A program made the position numbers and the translations under genes. Below are positions 18,193 to 24,331 of a stretch of DNA of 40,122 nt, one piece after another. The DNA lies in IMG/VR virus record IMGVR_UViG_3300033434_000011, positions 1-40,122 of that record; one strand, 5' to 3'. The notes beneath the pieces were generated by a model. The model searched no databases. It was not told the origin of the DNA and saw only the letters and a list, made by a program, of their open reading frames with translations. Each line of letters opens with the position of its first letter. The stretch's first letter is position 1. This DNA is from a virus. Lineage: Duplodnaviria; Caudoviricetes.

Positions 18193-20616
18193 CTACATTG
18201 CCCAATAGTTTTCTTTTTCAATTAGCAATGGGGAAACGATGTGTAATTTGTAAGGATCTTGCAGTTCGGTGAATGAGTCTGAACCTGCATCAACAATATC
18301 ATCATGCTTACCTTCAGGGAATACCTCTAACTCTGCAAACATGATATCGTTCCAAGGCCCTTCTAAAACCAGCACATTGCCAAGCTGCCATTGACTACTA
18401 AACGGTTCTGCTCTAGTTATCTTATCACCAGACATACGCTCTATTTTTAAAACAAATCCACTTAAGAATTGCGCATATGACTCTTTTTGCTCTTTACCAG
18501 CCTGCCCAGGATCTTGCGGTAAACGAACCGTAACTTTTCCATACTTAACATTATCAGCTATAGCAGTTGCATGTATTTTGGTTCGAACATCGGCCGACTG
18601 CCATCGACCATGAACTAAGTCGAGAACGATGTATCTTTTATCCTCTAATAACCCAATCAACATCCCTGCAGTAGCATCTGGTGAAGGATTCTGTGGTGTT
18701 GGTATGGTAGCCGCCAAATCCCATGCTCTAACTACCTTGACCAATTTACCCGGTATTGCCTGTACGATTGTAACTTGATCACGCTTAAAATACATTCCAC
18801 TAGACGGCTTAATTTTCCAGTTGCCATGTAATAGACGTTCTTTTTCAACAGTTCCTAATGCATTTAAGTTAGCAAGGTAACCAGGATCTTTTTCTAACTG
18901 AATTTGGTTATCGTAAATGGAAGATAAGATAAACGTTGCGGATTTTACAATGTTTGCTTTTACCTGATACCTTGAGACTAATTCTTCAGGAGTATCGGCC
19001 CATATTTCTTGGTCATCAATTCTAATAAAATATCTAACAACCCCACTGCGTTCCGGTATCGGGAATCCAGTTTCTTGATCAATCCACCAACTAATAAAAT
19101 CAGCAACCCAAGAATCAGCATCAGGGTTACAAGTTGCTCTTATATAGCTTTTAATACCGGAGGTAGAACGATTTCTAGACATCATATATATAAATTGCTT
19201 TTTGGTAAAGTGAGTCAGTTCATCAAAACAATTTTTGTTGATTAATCCAATTTCAGTGATATAGTGACATTGAGTAGATACTGTAATATCTATAACTTCA
19301 CGTTTTCCACAAGGAGTGATCTTGATTGAAGAAAGAAAAACATCCTCTTCCGCAATCTGTTCTTGAAAAGTATACGGGTGGTCATACTGTAATTTATGGT
19401 GGATACGTTTTTGAGCTATGCCCTGATCATCCCAAGGCAAATCCTTTTGGATATGTTGTACAACACCGTTTAGTTGTAGAACGTATCCTTGGCTACTATC
19501 TACTTCCTCATCAACAGGTTCATCATATTGATGGCGATAAAGCAAACAATGATCTAGTAAACTTAGAAGTTCTTTCGCGAGCAGAACACTTACGTTTGCA
19601 CCGAAATATTGAGCGAGATGAAAAAGATACTCCATTGACAAGAGAGATTGTGAGTGAAGCTTTAGCGGAAGGTGGTTTAAAACATGCCGCAAAAGTTTTA
19701 AATTGCTGTACTGAGACAATTCGCAACAGATTCCCTGATCTTGTTGAACCTTACAAGCGAAAATCTCCAACAAAGATTGACGATCCTGCTGTAATTGAAA
19801 AGATTTTAAAATACGCCGTTGACGCAAATAAAAGCGTTCGAGATACGGTTTTAGAAACAGGAGTTTCTTATCGAACCATAATGAGAATCTGCGAAAGAAA
19901 CGGCATAAAATGGATTGCTCCTTATCGCGGTGTTGGCGAGGTGCACAAACAATATCGTCGTAAGAAATCCACCCCTGCTTAGTTAATATTTTGTGAGTGG
20001 ATGAGTTAATTTGCTTATTCCCAAAATCATCTTCACATTGTACACAATCAACCAAACGCCGATTACTAACAGCTGTAATAACTCCAATACCGCTTAATGT
20101 TAGTACTTTATCGCCTATCCGTATATCAGATAGGCGCTTTTTACTTCCATCTGCCATTTTTATCAGCGTATTTACTTCACAACAAATTAGCGGTATCTGC
20201 CCGCCCTGCCAAGTCAATAAATCTTTCTCATATTGCAAGTGAGAGAAAGATACTTTGGCACTAGATGGAAATCTCATAATATGTTGCGGGTTCTCTACTG
20301 GTTTCGCACCTTTCAAAGGGTATAAATCCAAAGCATTTTCCCAAATTGCACCCTGTTTAGTTATATCAGACATTGTTCTACGAAAAATAACTGAGCCAAA
20401 TTTACTATTGTCAATGTGCTTTAAATTCTCAAGAAGTAATGCATATGTCTTACCACCACCTGCAGCACCTCCGTATATCGCTATATCAGCAGTACAGTTA
20501 AGAAATGTTTCTTGTGGTCCAGGCTGCGGCTGAAACATTTTGTCTGTTTCTTTTTTCTTTTGATCTGCTTCAAGTAAGAGCAATAATTCTTCTTCCTCTT
20601 GCGGAGTAAGTCCCAT
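18193..20616 (-). CDS. terL: Terminase large subunit precursor containing a 318-aa intein
   Basis: Walker A YGGAAGGGKT; Walker B LICFDE split by intein; RATCNP; nuclease motifs WDLAA, QDPGQAG, HDDIVDA. Likely start ATG 20616 after AGAGGTGA. Confidence 0.96.
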   Translation of the reverse strand: MGLTPQEEEELLLLLEADQKKKETDKMFQPQPGPQETFLNCTADIAIYGGAAGGGKTYALLLENLKHIDNSKFGSVIFRRTMSDITKQGAIWENALDLYPLKGAKPVENPQHIMRFPSSAKVSFSHLQYEKDLLTWQGGQIPLICCEVNTLIKMADGSKKRLSDIRIGDKVLTLSGIGVITAVSNRRLVDCVQCEDDFGNKQINSSTHKILTKQGWISYDDIVCAPRQHRDKEQSILCRFFRRFSLWFDKKLLFLKPYLERFYLRQRRILKSFQLQQDRQSLLEIFACKVQQDQGICCELSQYSNLKLLRHVLNHLPLKLHSQSLLSMEYLFHLAQYFGANVSVLLAKELLSLLDHCLLYRHQYDEPVDEEVDSSQGYVLQLNGVVQHIQKDLPWDDQGIAQKRIHHKLQYDHPYTFQEQIAEEDVFLSSIKITPCGKREVIDITVSTQCHYITEIGLINKNCFDELTHFTKKQFIYMMSRNRSTSGIKSYIRATCNPDADSWVADFISWWIDQETGFPIPERSGVVRYFIRIDDQEIWADTPEELVSRYQVKANIVKSATFILSSIYDNQIQLEKDPGYLANLNALGTVEKERLLHGNWKIKPSSGMYFKRDQVTIVQAIPGKLVKVVRAWDLAATIPTPQNPSPDATAGMLIGLLEDKRYIVLDLVHGRWQSADVRTKIHATAIADNVKYGKVTVRLPQDPGQAGKEQKESYAQFLSGFVLKIERMSGDKITRAEPFSSQWQLGNVLVLEGPWNDIMFAELEVFPEGKHDDIVDAGSDSFTELQDPYKLHIVSPLLIEKENYWAM
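19231..20184 (-). mobile_element. Intein in TerL, inserted in Walker B (QIPLI | intein | CFDELTHF)
   Basis: Block A CCEVNTLIKMADG, IRIGDKVLT, block B SSTHKILTKQGW, block F EVIDITV..HYI, block G GLINKN, +1 Cys; removal restores WQGGQIPLICFDELTHF. Confidence 0.93.
19326..19982 (+). CDS. HNH endonuclease with C-terminal HTH-like DNA-binding segments, antisense within the intein
   Basis: PDHPKANPFGYVVQHRLVVE..LG...VHHIDGDKANNDLVNLEVLSRAEHLRLH (HNH_3-like); RBS AAGGAG at 19311-19316 before TTG start. Confidence 0.92.
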   Translation: MKKEKHPLPQSVLEKYTGGHTVIYGGYVFELCPDHPKANPFGYVVQHRLVVERILGYYLLPHQQVHHIDGDKANNDLVNLEVLSRAEHLRLHRNIERDEKDTPLTREIVSEALAEGGLKHAAKVLNCCTETIRNRFPDLVEPYKRKSPTKIDDPAVIEKILKYAVDANKSVRDTVLETGVSYRTIMRICERNGIKWIAPYRGVGEVHKQYRRKKSTPA

Positions 20617-20646
20617 AGCATCACCTCTCTTATTAATGAATCGGCA

Positions 20647-20672
20647 TACAAAAAGACACCCTGTAATGGGTG
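20647..20672 (-). terminator. Terminator-like hairpin just upstream of terL
   Basis: CACCC/GGGTG stem followed by TCTTTTTGT. Confidence 0.5.
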
Positions 20673-20688
20673 CCCATTTGTACATCTA

Positions 20689-20859
20689 TTAATTTGATTC
20701 TACAATCCGTTCCCACACCAAACGATATCTAACTCCATCTTCTTCACGAACAATCTCTTTAATCATTCGTTGCAGCACATATGCATATAAATCGCGAGGC
20801 ATTAGAAACGTTAGAAAGTTAAGCCACTTAACTTTTATTAACATCATCGTTAATTTCAT
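20689..20859 (-). CDS. Small hypothetical protein (56 aa) between terS and terL
   Basis: Manual translation MKLTMMLIKVKWLNFLTFLMPRDLYAYVLQ...; GGGATGTGA upstream. Confidence 0.5.
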   Translation of the reverse strand: MKLTMMLIKVKWLNFLTFLMPRDLYAYVLQRMIKEIVREEDGVRYRLVWERIVESN

Positions 20860-21072
20860 ACCGATCACATCCCTAAATTTTCTTCACGCATAGAGATTAT
20901 TTTTATATTTTTTTGGCTTTGTTAGTATTGCATTATTTACATTAACTGGAAATTCATCACATCTAGTAATTGATATATAGTATGCAGGTGGCTAACGAGG
21001 CATTTATAAATTTCAATTTCTTATAATTTTTGACGGGGGGTATCCAGTATGTATTTACCAATAATTAACATC

Positions 21073-21107
21073 TCAATGTTCGATAATTGGTTGTTATCGA
21101 ACATTGA
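21073..21107. repeat. Perfect 14-bp inverted repeat with 7-bp spacer
   Basis: TCAATGTTCGATAA-TTGGTTG-TTATCGAACATTGA. Confidence 0.85.
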
Positions 21108-21125
21108 TAACTACTAAATAACCAA

Positions 21126-22010
21126 TTATCTTGGTGTTATATCTATAGTTTGGGCGTCTCTTTTAGCAAGCAGCTCCTTGATTCTACGCTCTTTTTCATC
21201 CTCGCTCATTTCATCTACAGCAGTACGTATATCAATCTGCTTACGATCAATCAACATGCCGGCAATCTTGGCAGCAAGCTCCATTGCTCGGTCTTTAGGA
21301 ACAAATCTTACTTCGCGTTCATAATGAATCTTGCCAGTAGCCTTATCTATAATAGGTTTAACCTTAACGCTTTGTATGGCTGCCAAGTCATCCTCCGTAG
21401 CGTCTGCCCTTATCTCGCCAGTATCCATATCGATAACATTTATTGGGTTAACACGCAATACCCTTGCTAGCTCTATAGCTATTAAGTCTTGATTAAGACC
21501 TGTTCGCTTACTACGCTCAGCCTCGGCCTTTGCTATGCATGATGCAATGTTAACATCAGATAGCAGGTTGCTTGCAATTACCTTTGCATCATTAGGGCTA
21601 TATCCACTACGAATAGCCGCAGAACTGCCGATACGGTCGATTAGATACTCCCTAACAAATCTACGTTGTCTATCCGTCAGTTTACTCTCATAATCTACGT
21701 CATACTGCATAAGTGACTCTGGTTTAGTATCTGCAATCTGCTTAGCCACAACACTTTGTACCATATCGCCAACCCTTTTAACTACTGGCTTTATAGGTAT
21801 AGGCTGTATATCATCTTGTATATTATCCGAATTATTAATGCCATTTTGTATATCTTGTATATCTTGTATATCATCCATCTTGCGCCAGTAACGTTGTTGC
21901 CATGCCCTTACTGCGGCTAAACTCACCTTGTATTTATCTGCTATTTGTTGGTACGTTTTTCCAGTCTTATAATCAACATATGCCAATTCATACGCTTTTT
22001 GCTTAGCCAT
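21126..22010 (-). CDS. terS: Terminase small subunit with N-terminal HTH
   Basis: YKTGKTYQQIADKYKVS HTH; LTDRQRRFVREYLID...AAIRSGYS...ASNLLS motif. Confidence 0.92.
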   Translation of the reverse strand: MAKQKAYELAYVDYKTGKTYQQIADKYKVSLAAVRAWQQRYWRKMDDIQDIQDIQNGINNSDNIQDDIQPIPIKPVVKRVGDMVQSVVAKQIADTKPESLMQYDVDYESKLTDRQRRFVREYLIDRIGSSAAIRSGYSPNDAKVIASNLLSDVNIASCIAKAEAERSKRTGLNQDLIAIELARVLRVNPINVIDMDTGEIRADATEDDLAAIQSVKVKPIIDKATGKIHYEREVRFVPKDRAMELAAKIAGMLIDRKQIDIRTAVDEMSEDEKERRIKELLAKRDAQTIDITPR

Positions 22011-22027
22011 GCAATCACCTCCATAAT

Positions 22028-22222
22028 CTAATTGCTAACCCATTTACCGTTACGTCGATATCCTTTAGGATCACTAGAACGCATAAGGTCTTTATAGTTA
22101 ATATCAGGTCTACGTTTGAACGTGAGACACAAGCGATTCACATAATGAACGACAGTAGCACCACACAGCAGTTTATCTGGATCGTTATATTCACAGAGTT
22201 TATTATTACAGTGTAGTTGCAT
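22028..22222 (-). CDS. Small Cys-rich hypothetical protein
   Basis: CNNKLCEYN...C...C; RBS AAGGAGG. Confidence 0.65.
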   Translation of the reverse strand: MQLHCNNKLCEYNDPDKLLCGATVVHYVNRLCLTFKRRPDINYKDLMRSSDPKGYRRNGKWVSN

Positions 22223-22249
22223 GTGTGGTGCACCTCCTTGGTTTTGGGT

Positions 22250-22277
22250 AAAAGAAAACCGCCCTATTCGGACGGTT
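22250..22277 (-). terminator. Intrinsic terminator downstream of moron
   Basis: AACCGTCC/GGGCGGTT stem plus TTCTTTT. Confidence 0.7.
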
Positions 22278-22381
22278 CAATACGTGTTAATATTTCTGAT
22301 TTTTAAAATACAACCTATCTTTGGTACTTCCCACAATTACAAGTCAGCTATATTTTGACGTGAACAATTTTAATTTTATTC

Positions 22382-22897
22382 TTAATTTATTGTTATTTGA
22401 GGTGTAATTTCTTTTATAACTTTATTCTCGTTTTGGTCTATTGCTACAAAAAATAATTTTTCTTTATGCTTGGTTATTTCCTGTACCTCACTGTCATGTA
22501 GTCGAATATAAATCGAATAACTCATTAACTGTTTAGGCGGGATATTCAAATAAGTAAATTTATAAGATGTTCGCTCATTCGTATTTTGATAAGTTAATTT
22601 TTCCTTAACTCTTGTTCTTTTCCCGATTTTAATATGAATGTCTCGTAAACTAATAGGAATTTCTTTACTATTATAAATATCGATAAATGCCTTAAGTTCT
22701 CCGGTTAATACTTCTTCTATTATTTTTTCTGGTTTGTGTAATCTGTGCATTTGTATATCAATATGATCTTCGTAAAAATATAGTTTTAATGAACCAAAAT
22801 AATTTTTAGAAACATATGTAAATATATAAGCTACTGTAGTACCCGCTAATGTGCTTATTGTTCCTGAATAATCATGTAAAATTTGCATGAAGTCCAT
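22382..22897 (-). CDS. AT-rich moron, N-terminally membrane-anchored hypothetical protein
   Basis: Markedly AT-rich; ATG 22897 after AAGGGGAG; hydrophobic N-terminal segment. Confidence 0.7.
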   Translation of the reverse strand: MDFMQILHDYSGTISTLAGTTVAYIFTYVSKNYFGSLKLYFYEDHIDIQMHRLHKPEKIIEEVLTGELKAFIDIYNSKEIPISLRDIHIKIGKRTRVKEKLTYQNTNERTSYKFTYLNIPPKQLMSYSIYIRLHDSEVQEITKHKEKLFFVAIDQNENKVIKEITPQITIN

Positions 22898-22932
22898 ATG
22901 TACCGTATCTCCCCTTTTACCATTTCCTACAC

Positions 22933-22960
22933 ATTTCGGCAAAAGGTAATATTATCCTTT
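22933..22960 (-). promoter_or_regulatory. SigH-like promoter of moron
   Basis: AAAGGATAA-11 nt-GCCGAAAT versus SigH consensus RNAGGAWWW-n11/12-RNNGAAT. Confidence 0.45.
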
Positions 22961-23026
22961 AAAGTACAACTAAAGCCGCCTACACATGTAAGCGGCTTCG
23001 ATTCATTACATTTATTTCACATTACC

Positions 23027-23071
23027 ATATTATCACGGTGGAACTGACACCGCAATGACGACTTTATGACA
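23027..23071 (-). promoter_or_regulatory. Late promoter with activator boxes
   Basis: TGTCA/CGTCA/TGTCA at exact 11-bp spacing at the 3' end of the regulator gene, followed by extended -10 TGATAATAT. Confidence 0.65.
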
Positions 23072-23579
23072 CGTTATGAAGTCCATCAATCCCAAAAATC
23101 AAGGCGCTAAGCTTCTCACGGGCGTCTTTCATGTCACGGTAATATGTTCTCTCGTCAATTTTTTCAGCATTTACAATGTCTTGAATATTGCATTCGTCAA
23201 AATAATAAGCTCTTAAAACTCGGTACCGCCTATTATCTTCTTCACGTTTTGACTTCTCACAATAGACTTTGTACAATTCAAGCATTTCATCAATGTGGCT
23301 TAATATGATCCTTGTCCTTATAGTGCTCTTCTTTATAGACTCAATATACATATCTTTATCGCAGTTTTCAAATGAATCAAGGACATCAAGCACATTGCCT
23401 GCCTCAATGATTTGATTTTTATCATAAACTGCATTTGCGCAATGATCTTGCAGTAAGCTGTAATTATCTAGTAATAATTTTGTATTCCGCAGTCTCTTGT
23501 CATGGCGTGACTTAGATTGCTTCTGATCATATTCTCGAACTGCTTCTACTGCTAATTTTATAATTTCTTCTTTAGTCAT
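23064..23579 (-). CDS. ArpU/RinA-like late transcriptional activator
   Basis: RLRNTKLLL.NY and C-terminal HTH IDERTYYRD...LSALIFGIDG; upstream of terS. Confidence 0.8.
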   Translation of the reverse strand: MTKEEIIKLAVEAVREYDQKQSKSRHDKRLRNTKLLLDNYSLLQDHCANAVYDKNQIIEAGNVLDVLDSFENCDKDMYIESIKKSTIRTRIILSHIDEMLELYKVYCEKSKREEDNRRYRVLRAYYFDECNIQDIVNAEKIDERTYYRDMKDAREKLSALIFGIDGLHNVS

Positions 23580-23583
23580 ACTA

Positions 23584-23970
23584 TCACTTCCTCTTATTCA
23601 TGTAATTTTCATAAAACATTCGTAACTGTTTTAACGACTCTATCAAGATGTTTGAATATGGCAGCAAGTACTTCCTTTCAGCGTTATACTGCTCAACGTT
23701 TTTCCACCCCTGCTGACCATTCGGATCAATGATTGGCTGAATAATAAATCCATACTGATTGTCTATAATAAACCTTGCACCCGTTGCTCTTATAATTTCA
23801 AGCTGTTTCGCTAGTTCTCGATTATGCCTATCAGTGATGATGAATAATTCTAGCCATAGCCAGCTATCATTTGGCGAGTATTCGTAGCTGTCTTTATATG
23901 AGTAACCTAGATCACTTCCGATTAATGGAGGTGGTGTAGGTTGTTTTTGAACGTAATCGTATATTTCCAT
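23584..23970 (-). CDS. Hypothetical protein downstream of primase/origin
   Basis: 128-aa ORF with RBS AGGAGG. Confidence 0.7.
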   Translation of the reverse strand: MEIYDYVQKQPTPPPLIGSDLGYSYKDSYEYSPNDSWLWLELFIITDRHNRELAKQLEIIRATGARFIIDNQYGFIIQPIIDPNGQQGWKNVEQYNAERKYLLPYSNILIESLKQLRMFYENYMNKRK

Positions 23971-23996
23971 GAAGTTTTACCTCCTATTTTTATTAA

Positions 23997-24310
23997 GGTA
24001 GTTCAAGTTGTCTCAAAGTTGGTTCACTAGTTAGTTCACTTAAACCCAGATAAAATATAGCTTCATGACCATTGAACTAACTGAACTAACCATTTCAAGG
24101 GGGTATATATATATTATTATTATAAATATTATTTTTTTATAAATGTACACTGTTAAAATACATTTATAATGAATGTCCATATTTAAGAAAAATAAAATCT
24201 ATAACGTATCATCTATCTATATAAGTTAGTTCAGTTAGTTCAATATATAGTAAAGGCACGTTTTTACTAAGTTTATAGCGAACTAACTTATGAACTAACC
24301 ACGAACTAAC
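23997..24310. repeat. Putative replication origin: GAACTAAC iterons around an AT-rich core
   Basis: About 10 GAACTAAC-like copies in both orientations; perfect 20-bp inverted repeat 24071-24090/24225-24244; directly downstream of primase-helicase. Confidence 0.8.
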
Positions 24311-24331
24311 TTAATAATTTGGATAGTTACT

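Noticed and set aside
19264-19296. SigA promoter for the antisense HNH (TTGAGT...TATAAC)
   Set aside because: Spacing is only 15 bp with mismatches; too weak to call
19326-19982. Group I intron or IS explanation for the HNH insert
   Set aside because: The TerL frame is uninterrupted and bounded by intein blocks; no intron core or terminal repeats were recognised
20617-20685. Longer TerL N-terminus from the ORF track
   Set aside because: Spans a terminator-like hairpin; the RBS supports ATG 20616
23997-24310. Possible CRISPR-like array
   Set aside because: Repeats are 8-mers in both orientations without unique regular spacers; better explained as iterons
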